From NCBI GenBank assembly GCA_045531455.1, contig JAZSEA010000101.1, positions 644-64,643 of the forward strand: a DNA stretch of 64,000 nucleotides, given 5' to 3'. Below are positions 17,421-27,937 of the stretch, piece by piece (position 1 is the first letter of the stretch; each line of letters begins with the position of its first letter). Made by a program: the position numbers and the translations under genes. The DNA comes from Eubacteriales bacterium (GTDB lineage Bacteria > Bacillota > Clostridia > Oscillospirales > CAG-272). The notes below the pieces were generated by a model, which did not search any database, was not told the origin of the DNA, and saw only the letters and a program-made list of their open reading frames with translations.

Positions 17421-18887
17421 TTACTTTCTGTCGATAAGGCGGAGATAGTATTCAAGATAGGAATCGTAATCGCTCTTGTTTCCGCGCGGGAGATATGTCT
17501 TTACGGGGAAGGACTTACGGACGAGCTCGCGAGCCTCGGAGATGCCCGAAACGAGACCGTGTGCCATTGCCTGAACGAGAAGGTTGCCGAGAGTCGTTGC
17601 CTCGGAGGGACCCGCAACGACGGGCATACCGCAGACGTCCGCGGTGATCTGCGAGAGCAGAGGATCCTTCGATCCGCCGCCGACGATATTGATCGAGCTC
17701 GGGTTCTTGCCCGTGAGATGCTTGATGTCCTCGACGGTGTATCTGTAGCAGAGTGCCAAGCTGTCGAAGATGGTACGGATTATCTCGCCGACGGTTTCGG
17801 GAACGTGCTGACCCGTCTTGCGGCAGTATTCCGCGATGCGCGCGGGCATATCGCCGGGAGGCATAAACACGGGATCGTTTACGTTGATGAAGGATACGAA
17901 GGGCTTTGCGTTCATCGCTTCCTCGGTCATACTGTCATAGGTGACCTTCTTGCCCTCCGAGAGCCACGCGCGGCGGCATTCCTGAACGAGCCATAGTCCG
18001 ACGTGATTTTTGAGATAGCGGATCGTTCCGCACGCACCGCCCTCGTTGGTATAGTTGCGCTTTTCGCCTTCCGCGCAAATAAGCGGAGCCTTCAATTCAC
18101 AGCCCATCAGCGACCAGGTGCCCGAGCTTATGTAGATGAAGTCATCGTCCTCGGCAGGAGTTGCGAAGACCGCACTTGCCGTATCGTGGGACGGCACGGT
18201 GATGAGCTTCATATTCGATGCAAAATCGGGCTTGATCTTTCCGACGACAACGCCGGGATCGACGATCGGAGCGAATTTGTCCTTAGAAATACCGAGTGCC
18301 GAGAGGATCTCGGGGGAGAAATCGCGGGTGTGTGCGTCAACGATCGCGCCCGTGGATGCGACGGTATATTCGCTTACCTGCTCGCCCGAGAGGAAATATC
18401 CGAAGAGGTCGGGAAGGAAGAGGATCTTATCCGTCTTCTCGAGTCTTTCGGGAGTGAACTTCTTCTCTGCCGCAAGCTGGAGAACGGTATTGAATTCGAG
18501 GTACTGAATACCCGTGATCTCGTAGAGTCTCGAAAGAGGCATAAACTGCGAGAAATAGTCGCCTATACCGCGGGTTCTGACGTCGCGGTTGCTGTAAGGA
18601 TCGCAGACGAGCTCGCCCTTTTTGTCAACCAGGCCGTAGTCAACGCCCCAGGTGTCGATACCTACACTCTGCGCGCCCATAGATGCACCGAGGCGGGTAG
18701 CATTTTCAACCTCGCGGCGAAGCATCGGGGCATCCCAGACGAGCATATCGCCCTTATATATAGGTTTGTTTTCAAAGCGGCAGATCTCCTTGATCGCCAT
18801 TTTTTCTCCGTCAAAGGAGCCGATAAGACCGCGACCGCTTCCTCCGCCGATGTCTATACCTAACATTTTGATCTTGTTGTCGGACAT
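17421..18887 (-). CDS. FGGY-family sugar kinase, rhamnulokinase-like
   Basis: 488 aa. GIDIGGGSGRG phosphate-1 motif, then RFEN...WD as in RhaB. C-terminal VGGGSKD motif. Confidence 0.65.
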   Translation of the reverse strand: MSDNKIKMLGIDIGGGSGRGLIGSFDGEKMAIKEICRFENKPIYKGDMLVWDAPMLRREVENATRLGASMGAQSVGIDTWGVDYGLVDKKGELVCDPYSNRDVRTRGIGDYFSQFMPLSRLYEITGIQYLEFNTVLQLAAEKKFTPERLEKTDKILFLPDLFGYFLSGEQVSEYTVASTGAIVDAHTRDFSPEILSALGISKDKFAPIVDPGVVVGKIKPDFASNMKLITVPSHDTASAVFATPAEDDDFIYISSGTWSLMGCELKAPLICAEGEKRNYTNEGGACGTIRYLKNHVGLWLVQECRRAWLSEGKKVTYDSMTEEAMNAKPFVSFINVNDPVFMPPGDMPARIAEYCRKTGQHVPETVGEIIRTIFDSLALCYRYTVEDIKHLTGKNPSSINIVGGGSKDPLLSQITADVCGMPVVAGPSEATTLGNLLVQAMAHGLVSGISEARELVRKSFPVKTYLPRGNKSDYDSYLEYYLRLIDRK

Positions 18888-19085
18888 TTTTATTTCCTCC
18901 GAAAAAATTTATATAATAAATTTCGTTTTTTGGGCGGCTTTGCCGCTCAAAAAACACCGCCAAGACGAGCAGGGCGAGTCCGCGCGACGAGGGGAGCTGA
19001 CAAAATCTCCGATTTTGTCAAGCGGCGATAAGCGCGCGCCCGCGGAGCGGTGGATCAATCGTAAAACGCAGTTTTACGATTGGGA

Positions 19086-21482
19086 TTATTTCATTTCAAC
19101 AATGGTAACACCGCCGTCGCCCTCTCCGTACTGACCGATACGGAAGTTTGCGATGCGGCTTTCACGGCGGAGCTTTTCCCAAAGAGCCGCGCGGAGTGCG
19201 CCCGTGCCCTTACCGTGGATCAAGCGGCAGGTGCGGAGACCGGCAAGCTGAACCTCGTCGAGGTATCTGTCAACCTCGTACCAAGCCTCGTCGCCCGTCA
19301 TACCGCGAAGGTCGATCTCATCCGAGCAGGCGCGGCTTACGGTGGTCTTGGCAAACTCCTTGACCGTCTTTTTGTTGCCCTGCGAGTCGGTAACGGTGAT
19401 AACGTCGTCCATCAGCTTGAGGTTTTTGACCTTGGTCTTTGTTCTGACTGAGCCGATCTGAACGCTAACGTTTCCGCTGCGGTCGGGATCCGCAATGAGC
19501 ACGCCCTCCTGACCGATATTCATAAGATAAACGGCGTCGCCCTTCTTGAGCGGACGGGGGAGGACGTATTCTTCGTCGATATTTTCGTCAACGGGATTGT
19601 ATTTATCCTCGTTTTCGCGCATATATTCGCGGACCTTCTTGCGTGCCGCGTCGAGCTCCTGCCCGAGTCTTTCGCTGTCGCGAGCCTTGCGGACCTTATC
19701 GAGCTGAGCGAAAACGTACTCGCTCGAGATCTTTGCGCCCTCGACCATCTCGGCAGCCTTTTTCTGCGCGCGTTCGACTTCCTTCTCGGCGGCGGCGATC
19801 TTTTCCTTGATCTTCGCCTCTGCCTCGACCTTGAATTTCTCATACTCGCGGCGCATATTTTCGGATTCCTCGCGGTACTTCTCTGCCTCGATGCGAGCCG
19901 CCTCGAGCTTGTCAATGACGTCCTCGAAGCGTCTGTTGTCCGAGCTTACCTCGGCAAGTGCGCGGTCGATAATATGCTTCGGCAGACCGAGTCTTTCGGA
20001 TATTGCAAGCGCATTTGAGCGTCCGGGAGTGCCGATGGTCAGCTTATAGGTCGGACGGAGAGTTTCGATGTCAAATTCGCAGGACGCGTTCTTGACGCCG
20101 GGAGTGTTGAGCGCGTACGCCTTGAGCTCGGCATAGTGAGTGGTTGCCGCACAGGTCGCGCCCGCGGCTCTGACCTCGCTGATGACCGCGATGGCAAGTG
20201 CCGCACCCTCAATGGGGTCGGTGCCGACGCCAAGCTCGTCGAAGAGGACGAGGGCATCGTCGGTCAGATCGTCAACGATCGAAACGATATTTACCATATG
20301 CGAGGAGAAGGTCGAGAGCGACTGCTCGATGCTTTGCTCGTCGCCGAGGTCAACGAGGACTCTGCCGTAGATCGGCACGGTTGAATTATCGTCACAAGGA
20401 ATATGAAGTCCCGACTGTGCCATCAGCGCAAAAAGTCCGAGAGTTTTAAGTGTAACCGTCTTACCGCCCGTATTGGGACCGGTAATGACGAGGGTATCAA
20501 AATCACCGCCGAGGCGGATATTTACGGGAACAACGCGCTCCTTCGGAATCAGCGGATGGCGCGCGTTACGAAGCTCCGTGCGTCTGTTATCCGACGAGAT
20601 CTTCGGCTGGGAGGCATTCATTCTGAATGAAAGCTCTGCACAGGCAAAGACGAAGGCAAGCTCGTCGATATTTGCGCCGTTATAGCGGATCTTATCCGAG
20701 ATCGCGGCAACCTCTGCCGAGAAATTGTAGAGGATACGCTCGATCTCGTGCTTTTCCTTTGCCTCGAGCTCGCGGATCTCATTGTTTGCGTCAACGACGG
20801 CAAGCGGCTCGATGAAGAGGGTCGCGCCCGTCGACGATGCATCGTGAACGAGACCCTTGATCTCGTTCTTACATTCAGCCTTTACGGGAACGACAAAGCG
20901 TCCGTTACGGATGGTTACGATATTCTCCTGCAGGCTCTTCGAATACGCACCCGTTGTATATTTTGCAAGGATATCGCGGACCTTTGCGGTGGTCTGACGG
21001 ATCTTGCGACGGATATTATAGAGCTCGGGGGATGCATCGTCAGCCATCGTTTCCTCGCTGATGATCGCGGTCCTTATGCGCTCCTCGAGATTTTTATCGG
21101 GGAGAAGACGCTCGAAGACCTCGTCAAGAACCGTCTCGAAGCGGCGGTTCGTGCGGCTGTAATCGAGCAGAACACGGCTTGTGCGAAGGATATCGGCGAT
21201 ATCCATAAGCTCGCGCTGTGTCAGCATCGCGCCCTTATCGGCACGTTCGCAATGCGCGGTTATATCCTTGACACCGCCGAAGGGAGGCTGTCCCTTTTCA
21301 GCGGCAAGTCTTTTTGCATCGCTTGTGCGCCTCTGCATATTGAGGACGCGGATCAGATCGGATTCGGGCGCAAGAGCAAGTGCCGCCGCGCGAGACCCCT
21401 CGGTACGGGCACAATCGCAGAGCATGGCTCTGATCTTATCAAATTCAAGTAATTTTACTGTTTTTTCGGGTAGGTACATCAT
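19086..21482 (-). CDS. mutS2: endonuclease MutS2
   Basis: 798 aa. Walker A GPNTGGKT, a long coiled-coil, and a C-terminal Smr domain (IDLRGMTGDEA...HGKGTGALR). Confidence 0.92.
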   Translation of the reverse strand: MMYLPEKTVKLLEFDKIRAMLCDCARTEGSRAAALALAPESDLIRVLNMQRRTSDAKRLAAEKGQPPFGGVKDITAHCERADKGAMLTQRELMDIADILRTSRVLLDYSRTNRRFETVLDEVFERLLPDKNLEERIRTAIISEETMADDASPELYNIRRKIRQTTAKVRDILAKYTTGAYSKSLQENIVTIRNGRFVVPVKAECKNEIKGLVHDASSTGATLFIEPLAVVDANNEIRELEAKEKHEIERILYNFSAEVAAISDKIRYNGANIDELAFVFACAELSFRMNASQPKISSDNRRTELRNARHPLIPKERVVPVNIRLGGDFDTLVITGPNTGGKTVTLKTLGLFALMAQSGLHIPCDDNSTVPIYGRVLVDLGDEQSIEQSLSTFSSHMVNIVSIVDDLTDDALVLFDELGVGTDPIEGAALAIAVISEVRAAGATCAATTHYAELKAYALNTPGVKNASCEFDIETLRPTYKLTIGTPGRSNALAISERLGLPKHIIDRALAEVSSDNRRFEDVIDKLEAARIEAEKYREESENMRREYEKFKVEAEAKIKEKIAAAEKEVERAQKKAAEMVEGAKISSEYVFAQLDKVRKARDSERLGQELDAARKKVREYMRENEDKYNPVDENIDEEYVLPRPLKKGDAVYLMNIGQEGVLIADPDRSGNVSVQIGSVRTKTKVKNLKLMDDVITVTDSQGNKKTVKEFAKTTVSRACSDEIDLRGMTGDEAWYEVDRYLDEVQLAGLRTCRLIHGKGTGALRAALWEKLRRESRIANFRIGQYGEGDGGVTIVEMK

Positions 21483-21494
21483 GATGTTGTTTCC

Positions 21495-22310
21495 TTATTT
21501 CTTGCTCAGCTCGTGATAGAGGCTGAGTGATGAAAAGCCGCGCTCAAGATGATTGAGAATATAGGTCTCAGCCGCGCGGCTGAAAGTGTTTTTATCGGTT
21601 TCTGATGATATATCGAATGAAAGCAGGCGTTTGAGCGGCGCGTTTACGACGTATCGCATCGCGGCAAGCACGCCCGCCGTTATCGGGATGATGATCGATC
21701 GCGTTCCGAGCGCATCGACAAGCAGCTCCGCGTCCGAGGCTTGTACGTTTTCGGGAGACGAGGCTATGCAATCCGAGCAGACGATACCGCCGCTCATTAC
21801 GTCGAGATAAAAGGCGGGAGCTTCGGTCTTCTCGCATCTGATGCATTCGGTAAGCTCGGGCAGATACCCCGATATCGCCGCCGCACGAAGCTCGAAAGCC
21901 GCCTTTACGAGAGCGCGGTCGTATTTCTCCGAGCAGAGCGCGTGGTATGTATTGAGAGCCAATGGCAAAAGCTCGCCCGCGGGCTCTCCCTGACCGCTCA
22001 ACTCACAGCAGACGTCGGAAATATACTGCGCGAGATACATAAGCTCGATATCCTTCTCGAGAGCGGTAAAGGATTTTATCACCGAAGCATCGCGCACCCA
22101 AGCCATATCACCCTTGAAATGGAGCTCGAAATTACCCCATACGAAGGCACGGCAGGGCGACATCAGCTTGTTTCGGAGCGATCTTGCGCCCTTTGCGATG
22201 ACGGTGATCCTGCCCTCCTCGGGGCAAAGCAGAGTCAGAAGCCTGTCATGGTCGCCCTGCGGCACCGCGCGGATAACGAGCGCGTCTGTTGATATATCGT
22301 GGGTTGCCAT
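21495..22310 (-). CDS. recO: DNA repair protein RecO
   Basis: 271 aa. N-terminal OB-like region and a Cys4 zinc motif CIRC...CSDC. Sits in the conserved era-recO position. Confidence 0.8.
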   Translation of the reverse strand: MATHDISTDALVIRAVPQGDHDRLLTLLCPEEGRITVIAKGARSLRNKLMSPCRAFVWGNFELHFKGDMAWVRDASVIKSFTALEKDIELMYLAQYISDVCCELSGQGEPAGELLPLALNTYHALCSEKYDRALVKAAFELRAAAISGYLPELTECIRCEKTEAPAFYLDVMSGGIVCSDCIASSPENVQASDAELLVDALGTRSIIIPITAGVLAAMRYVVNAPLKRLLSFDISSETDKNTFSRAAETYILNHLERGFSSLSLYHELSKK

Positions 22311-22329
22311 GACGGTCTCCTTTCAATAC

Positions 22330-23226
22330 TTAATCTTCAATATCCTTCTTGTTGTAGCCGAAGTTCGAGACAAGTCCCTCGCGCTCGCGCCAGTTTTCCT
22401 TGACTCTTACCCAAAGATCGAGGAAGATCTTCGAGCCCGTGACATTTTCGAGCTCCTGACGGGAATACATTCCGACTTTCTTGAGCACTTCTCCTCCCTT
22501 GCCGATGATGATCTGTTTATGCGACTGCTTCTCGCAGATGATCTCGGCGCGGATCTTGGTGAGATTGCCCGTATCGCGGTATTCCTCGATGACGACGGCG
22601 ATTCCGTGGGGAACCTCGCGGTCAAGCGCACGAAGGAGCTTTTCGCGGATGATCTCGGAAACGTACTGACGCATCGGCTGATCGGTTGCGGCGTCCTCGG
22701 GGAAGAACCATTCGCTCTCGCGGAGGAATTTTGAAAGCTCGTCCATAACCTCATCGACGTGCTTGCCAGACTTTGCGGAAACTGGTACCACTGCATCGAA
22801 ATCGTGCTTCGATGCGTAAGCCGCGATCTTCTCCGCGATCATATCGCGGCGGACGGTGTCGATCTTATTGAGAACGAGGACCGACGGCACTCCCTCTCTC
22901 TTGAGGTATTCGATGATCTCCTCCTCGGTCTTCGAGACGGGCTTGTTTACGTCAACGACGAGCATAACCACGTCGCCCTGCTGCATACCCGACTTTGCCG
23001 CGGTTACCATATAGTCGCCGAGGCGGTTCTGCGGACGGTGGATGCCGGGGGTATCGAAGAAGACGAACTGATCCTCGCCCTCGGTAAGGATTCCACGGAT
23101 GCAGTTGCGGGTGGTCTGCGGTTTATTTGAAACTATAGCGACCTTCTCGCCGAGAATACGGTTCATAATTGTCGATTTGCCGACGTTGGGTCTGCCTACT
23201 ATCGAGATAAATACTGTTCTTTTCAT
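22330..23226 (-). CDS. era: GTPase Era
   Basis: GRPNVGKST (G1), DTPG (G3), NKID (G4) and a C-terminal KH domain. Confidence 0.95.
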   Translation of the reverse strand: MKRTVFISIVGRPNVGKSTIMNRILGEKVAIVSNKPQTTRNCIRGILTEGEDQFVFFDTPGIHRPQNRLGDYMVTAAKSGMQQGDVVMLVVDVNKPVSKTEEEIIEYLKREGVPSVLVLNKIDTVRRDMIAEKIAAYASKHDFDAVVPVSAKSGKHVDEVMDELSKFLRESEWFFPEDAATDQPMRQYVSEIIREKLLRALDREVPHGIAVVIEEYRDTGNLTKIRAEIICEKQSHKQIIIGKGGEVLKKVGMYSRQELENVTGSKIFLDLWVRVKENWREREGLVSNFGYNKKDIED

Positions 23227-23228
23227 TT

Positions 23229-23648
23229 TCAGTTCTCCGTCATTATATCAATAAAGTTCTGCAGGTCATAGGAGCTTGCGTCCTCGGTATACTGCGTTGC
23301 GTTCGGGTCAAGCTGACCCGGGTTCTTATGGAATATGTAGATCTCCTCGCCCGAAATATGCGAGAAAAGCATACTTTCGATCGCGCCCTCCTCGTCAATT
23401 CCGACGGAAAGCGAGAAATCGGGATCGTTCAGCTGAAAGTAATAGAGCGGTCTCTCGTTCGAGCCGAGCTGAACGTAATCGTACTTTGAAAAATATGAAA
23501 GTCCGACGTCTCTTGCGGAATCCGCAAAAGCGACCACCGATTCGACGGTAAGTACAGATTTTTTCTCTTCCTTACGGGCGCATCCCGAGAGGAGGAAGAG
23601 GATCGCGGAAAGCGAAAGCATCAAGCATATGATTCTGATCTTTTTCAT
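23229..23648 (-). CDS. small lipoprotein, function unknown
   Basis: 139 aa. Signal peptide with lipobox LLSGC. Packed with no gap between ybeY and era. Confidence 0.6.
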   Translation of the reverse strand: MKKIRIICLMLSLSAILFLLSGCARKEEKKSVLTVESVVAFADSARDVGLSYFSKYDYVQLGSNERPLYYFQLNDPDFSLSVGIDEEGAIESMLFSHISGEEIYIFHKNPGQLDPNATQYTEDASSYDLQNFIDIMTEN

Positions 23649-24122
23649 TTATTTCACCTCAAGTCCCATAATTTTCATTATCTCGCGCTGACGGGCGCGC
23701 ATATCAGCCTCATCCTCTTCTCCCGTCTCGTGGTCGTAGCCGAGAAGATGAAGAGTCGAATGAACGCAGAGGAATGCCACCTCGCGCTCAAAGGGATGAC
23801 CGAATTCGTTCGCCTGCTCGCGCGCTCTTTCGAGAGACAAAACGATATCTCCGAGACAGAGCTTTTCGCCGTCAAAGGCTTCCTCAAGATCGCCGTCCTC
23901 GGCTATCGGGAAGGAGAGGACGTCGGTGACGCGATCGATCCCTCTGTATTCGGCATTGAAACGGCGGATACCCGCATTTCCGACAAAGGTTACCGAGACC
24001 TCGCAATCGTCCTCGATCTCCTCGTATTCAAGAGTCGTCGTAATAGCGCGCTCAACGAGGGCTTTGAGCTCATCGGTCACCTTTTCCTTGCGGCATCTGA
24101 CCGAATAATCCACAGTAAGCAT
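23649..24122 (-). CDS. ybeY: rRNA maturation RNase YbeY
   Basis: HSTLHLLGYDH zinc motif; 157 aa. Confidence 0.92.
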   Translation of the reverse strand: MLTVDYSVRCRKEKVTDELKALVERAITTTLEYEEIEDDCEVSVTFVGNAGIRRFNAEYRGIDRVTDVLSFPIAEDGDLEEAFDGEKLCLGDIVLSLERAREQANEFGHPFEREVAFLCVHSTLHLLGYDHETGEEDEADMRARQREIMKIMGLEVK

Positions 24123-24137
24123 TTTTTACTTCCTCCG

Positions 24138-25160
24138 TCAATAATTCTTGCGGCGGTAGCTGTGTCCGCCCCTATTCTGATTCTGATTTTCCTTTTCGTA
24201 CTTGTCGTAAGCGAGGATGATCTTCTGCACCAGCTTATGACGCACAACGTCGCGGTCTGTGAACTGATGGATCGCGATGCCCTCGATACCGTCGAGGATC
24301 TTGACCGCCGACCAGAGACCGCTTACCTGTCCGCCGGGAAGGTCGGTCTGGGTGAGGTCACCCGTGACGATCGCCTTGGAATTGTTTCCGAGACGGGTCA
24401 GAAACATCTTCATCTGCTCGAAGGTCGCGTTCTGCGCTTCGTCGAGGATGATGAAGGCATCGTCAAGCGTGCGTCCGCGCATATACGCGAGGGGCGCAAC
24501 CTCGATGATCTGCTTTTCGACGTTTCGCTGATAATTCTCGGGACCCATCATCTCAAAAAGCGCATCATAGAGCGGACGGAGATAGGGGTCGATCTTGCTC
24601 TGAAGGTCTCCGGGGAGATAGCCGAGCTTTTCGCCCGCCTCGATAGCGGGTCGGGTCAGAATTATGCGGCTGACCTTTTTATCACGCAGAGCCTTGACGG
24701 CCATTGCGACCGCGAGGAAGGTCTTACCCGTGCCCGCAGGTCCCGTGCCGAGGATTATCGTGTTGTTGCGGATAGCCTCGATATATTTCTGCTGGCCGAC
24801 TGTCTTCGGCTTGATCGGCTTGCCCTTTGCGGTAACGCAGATGCAGTTTTCGTCGAAAGCCTCAAGCTCGCCCTCTCGTCCGTCGCGGACCATATTGATA
24901 ACGTAGAGCACGGTCTGTTCGGCAAGGGTCTCGCTTCTCTCGCCCATTCTCGAAAGAGTTTCGATCGCGCGAGCGGCGGCGTCAACTCCCTCGGGCGTGC
25001 TTCCGCTGACCGTCAGCACTTCGCCGTAGCCCGTAACGTCGGGGCGGTTATGGACGGTGACGGCAAATGCGGCTTCAACGAGCTTCATATTTGCGTCAAA
25101 GGCACCGTAAAGCTTGGCGGCAAGCTCCGCCGAGCCGATTTTAACTATTTTCTGTTCCAT
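24138..25160 (-). CDS. phoH: PhoH-family ATPase
   Basis: GPAGTGKTFLAVA Walker A. Conserved phoH-ybeY order. Confidence 0.9.
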   Translation of the reverse strand: MEQKIVKIGSAELAAKLYGAFDANMKLVEAAFAVTVHNRPDVTGYGEVLTVSGSTPEGVDAAARAIETLSRMGERSETLAEQTVLYVINMVRDGREGELEAFDENCICVTAKGKPIKPKTVGQQKYIEAIRNNTIILGTGPAGTGKTFLAVAMAVKALRDKKVSRIILTRPAIEAGEKLGYLPGDLQSKIDPYLRPLYDALFEMMGPENYQRNVEKQIIEVAPLAYMRGRTLDDAFIILDEAQNATFEQMKMFLTRLGNNSKAIVTGDLTQTDLPGGQVSGLWSAVKILDGIEGIAIHQFTDRDVVRHKLVQKIILAYDKYEKENQNQNRGGHSYRRKNY

Positions 25161-25169
25161 ACTGTTTCC

Positions 25170-26384
25170 TCACTCGGATCTGTTAATGTAAAATGGCGCG
25201 GGTGTTGCGATATCGTCAATACAGCTGACTGCGCAGACCAGGCGGTACGCGCTACCGTCCTCGGTCTCTCCGCCGACATACGACTTCTCTAGGATCTCCG
25301 CCTCGGGGATATCGGAGAGGAGCATTCGGTTGATCTCGTAATAAGCGAGATCGACAGCCTCGGAGGGTGTACGTTTACACTCGGTCTCGGTGATTATCGG
25401 TCGGGTCGCAACCGATAAACCGACGGGTATTCTCGCGCCGTTTGAAGAATATATATATTTATCCGAATATATTGTATCATATTCCGACCCCAAAAATCCA
25501 CCCTTTTTGAAAACTTTTTGCCTGAAAGAGAAAAAAATCAGCGAAATTTCGCAAATTTCACGCTTTTCGGGCGTTCGGACGATGTAATCATAGGGAATTT
25601 CAACCTCAAAAGTCCTCTCGGTTACGGCAAAGACCCTGCCCTTTGCCTCGATCGCGCGGTAGCCGAAGCGTTCGCTGTCGACAAGACCGCCAACCAGAAG
25701 CTCGCCCTTTCGCACCGTTTGACCCGTCACTGCGATCGGCTCGCCCGCGATTATCTCGAAGCCGACGATAACACCGTCGCGCTCTGCGATAAGGTTTACT
25801 CCGTCTCCCTCGGGCTCCGCCTTTGCGGGAGGAGTCATCGCCTCGACGACCTCGACGTACGCGACCGTGCCGATGACGTTGACCGATATCCACGCGATGG
25901 AGTCGTTCTCGAGTTCAATTCCGGTCTGTATCTCTCCGATATCAAGATTTTTATGAAATGCGCCCGGACGTACTCCGTGCTCGGATAACGCGGCCAGGAT
26001 CTCGTCTTCCGAAAGAGTTGTGTTCCCCTCGATCCGCACATCCCAAAGCACGCGGCTTCCAAGGCTGAGAAGAATGAGAGCGGTTACAATCCCCGCTACG
26101 AGCCCGGGTCTCCTCATCAGCCTCAGAAACAGATACGGCAAGCCGTAAACGAGATCGTTTTTTACCTCGATCCCCCTCGCTCGGCATAGCTTTTCCGTTC
26201 GTTTTGCAGAGGGATACGCAAGATCGACGGATGCAGATCCTTCGTCGCTCCGAATATTTTTATAGCTTTCTCCGAGCTCCAGCAGGACGTTAAGCAGATC
26301 TATAAGGCTTTCTCGTGGGACAGTCAGCCTGGATAGACCGTAGACCGCGCCGTCGATCCCTCTTTTATTGTTCGCCTTGTTCAA
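25170..26384 (-). CDS. yqfD: sporulation protein YqfD
   Basis: One TM segment (GLVAGIVTALILLSLG) is followed by VLWDVRIEGN as in YqfD. The ORF track extends to 26585, but there is no ATG in the right place. TTG at 26384, 9 nt after GGAGG, is my best guess for the start. Confidence 0.65.
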   Translation of the reverse strand: MNKANNKRGIDGAVYGLSRLTVPRESLIDLLNVLLELGESYKNIRSDEGSASVDLAYPSAKRTEKLCRARGIEVKNDLVYGLPYLFLRLMRRPGLVAGIVTALILLSLGSRVLWDVRIEGNTTLSEDEILAALSEHGVRPGAFHKNLDIGEIQTGIELENDSIAWISVNVIGTVAYVEVVEAMTPPAKAEPEGDGVNLIAERDGVIVGFEIIAGEPIAVTGQTVRKGELLVGGLVDSERFGYRAIEAKGRVFAVTERTFEVEIPYDYIVRTPEKREICEISLIFFSFRQKVFKKGGFLGSEYDTIYSDKYIYSSNGARIPVGLSVATRPIITETECKRTPSEAVDLAYYEINRMLLSDIPEAEILEKSYVGGETEDGSAYRLVCAVSCIDDIATPAPFYINRSE

Positions 26385-26691
26385 AGCAAGCACCTCCGCA
26401 AAAGTCGATGGCGTCGATCTCACCGCAAATGCCGATCCTGCCCTCGGTGTAGGACGACATTCTAAGTCTTCTGCCGACAAGGCAGACATCATTATTTCCT
26501 TGGATGATCCTGATCCTCGACTCGGAATACTCGAGGATCTCGCTGCAGCCGCAAAGCAGAAGCTCGCATCTCCCGCGCATCTCAAGCGTCATACCGCAGC
26601 CCACGTCCGCGGGGATATCGATCAGACTGCTGAAAAGCTCGGAGAGAGTCGGCTTTTCATGTTGAGTTTTTTTATTTCTCGGATGCTTCAT
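26365..26691 (-). CDS. yqfC: sporulation protein YqfC
   Basis: About 108 aa. Segment DIPADV...LEMRGRCELLLCGCSEILEYSESRI is typical of YqfC and lies directly upstream of yqfD. ATG at 26691 follows GGAGG (short 4-nt spacer), so the start is uncertain. Confidence 0.7.
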   Translation of the reverse strand: MKHPRNKKTQHEKPTLSELFSSLIDIPADVGCGMTLEMRGRCELLLCGCSEILEYSESRIRIIQGNNDVCLVGRRLRMSSYTEGRIGICGEIDAIDFCGGACFEQGEQ

Positions 26692-26760
26692 ATTTCCTCC
26701 GAACAGCAAATAAGATTTTATCACTTCTAAATCCTATGCAAAACGAAAGGCGGCAATTAC

Positions 26761-27873
26761 ATGTTGAACACCGAAAAAGGAAAGAGACTGCCGATAGCAA
26801 GATTTGTCCTTTGCGCGGCACTCACAACGCTCTTTCTCTACGATCCCGCGGAATCCTCAAGAGAGCTCGGGCGCGGACTTTCTCTATGCGCAGGAACGCT
26901 CATACCGACACTTTTTCCATTTATGGTCATATCCGAGATCCTTGTCCGCGCCGATATTGCATCTTTCATCTCGCCGATCCTTTCAAAGCCGATGAAATAT
27001 CTTTTCGGAGTATCGGGATCGGGCGCGGCGGCTCTCGTTCTCGGAATGATCTGCGGATTCCCCGTCGGAGGCAAAACTGCGGCGGCGCTTTATGAACGGG
27101 GAGATATAACCAAGACCGACGCGGAAAGGCTTATGTCCTTCTGCAATCTGCCGAGCGCGCCTTTTATGATCTTTGCCGTCGGAGAAAAGCTTTTCGGCAG
27201 CCGCGAGCTTGGCATTTTTCTCTATCTGAACGTGCTTACGGTGACGCTTCTTTGCGGTATTCTATTGAATTTCATCAAAGGGAGAAAGCAATCGAAATGC
27301 CTCATCGAAACCCAATCTCCAAAACACGAAAGTCATTCATTAATCAGAATCTTCACCGATTCGGTCGCGTCAGCCGCTCACTCAACCGTCAACGTATGCG
27401 CTTACGTAGCTTTTTTTACCTGTGCCGTCGGCAGTCTCGGCAACATCTTCACCGGATTCGGAGAAAGCTTCAAGGCAATTCTCTTCTCCTTCTTCGAGCT
27501 GACTTCGGGATCGGCGGCGTGTTCGTCACTCGGATCAAGGCAGATCGGAGCGGTACTTGCTTCAGCCGCCGCGGGATGGTCGGGACTTTCGGTATTCTTT
27601 CAGATCTTTTCGCTCACGAGAACCTCGAGCGGTGATATTTTGATGAAGGAATATCTGGCATCAAAGTCCCTCGCTGCGGTCATCTGTCCGACCATCACCC
27701 TTATTGCGATCGGCATCAGTCCGTCTCTTTTGCCGAATACTTTACCCGACTCGGATGCCTTTCTGCAGATGCCCTATTTCCCCACGAACTTCATCTCCGC
27801 GATAAATATTATTTTTATCCTCTCGCTTCTCATTTACCTTTACAAAGAACTTGACAGACGGCGCAATATTTGA
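26761..27873 (+). CDS. ylbJ: sporulation integral membrane protein YlbJ (nucleoside-recognition domain type)
   Basis: 370 aa and polytopic. N-terminal LCAGTLIPTLFPFMVISEIL and the FC(N)LPSAPF motif recall YlbJ. Confidence 0.65.
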   Translation: MLNTEKGKRLPIARFVLCAALTTLFLYDPAESSRELGRGLSLCAGTLIPTLFPFMVISEILVRADIASFISPILSKPMKYLFGVSGSGAAALVLGMICGFPVGGKTAAALYERGDITKTDAERLMSFCNLPSAPFMIFAVGEKLFGSRELGIFLYLNVLTVTLLCGILLNFIKGRKQSKCLIETQSPKHESHSLIRIFTDSVASAAHSTVNVCAYVAFFTCAVGSLGNIFTGFGESFKAILFSFFELTSGSAACSSLGSRQIGAVLASAAAGWSGLSVFFQIFSLTRTSSGDILMKEYLASKSLAAVICPTITLIAIGISPSLLPNTLPDSDAFLQMPYFPTNFISAINIIFILSLLIYLYKELDRRRNI

Positions 27874-27937
27874 TATAATATTATTACGACATTTTTCGTC
27901 ACATCACCCCGTTTTTCGGGTTCTACGGAGATATATA

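Noticed and set aside
25170-26585. 471-aa version of YqfD with a ~67-aa Ser/Ala/Arg-rich N-terminal extension overlapping yqfC by 220 nt.
   Set aside because: The extension is out of character for YqfD and overlaps most of yqfC. A TTG with a well-spaced GGAGG at 26384 gives a family-typical ~404-aa protein. The exact start remains uncertain.
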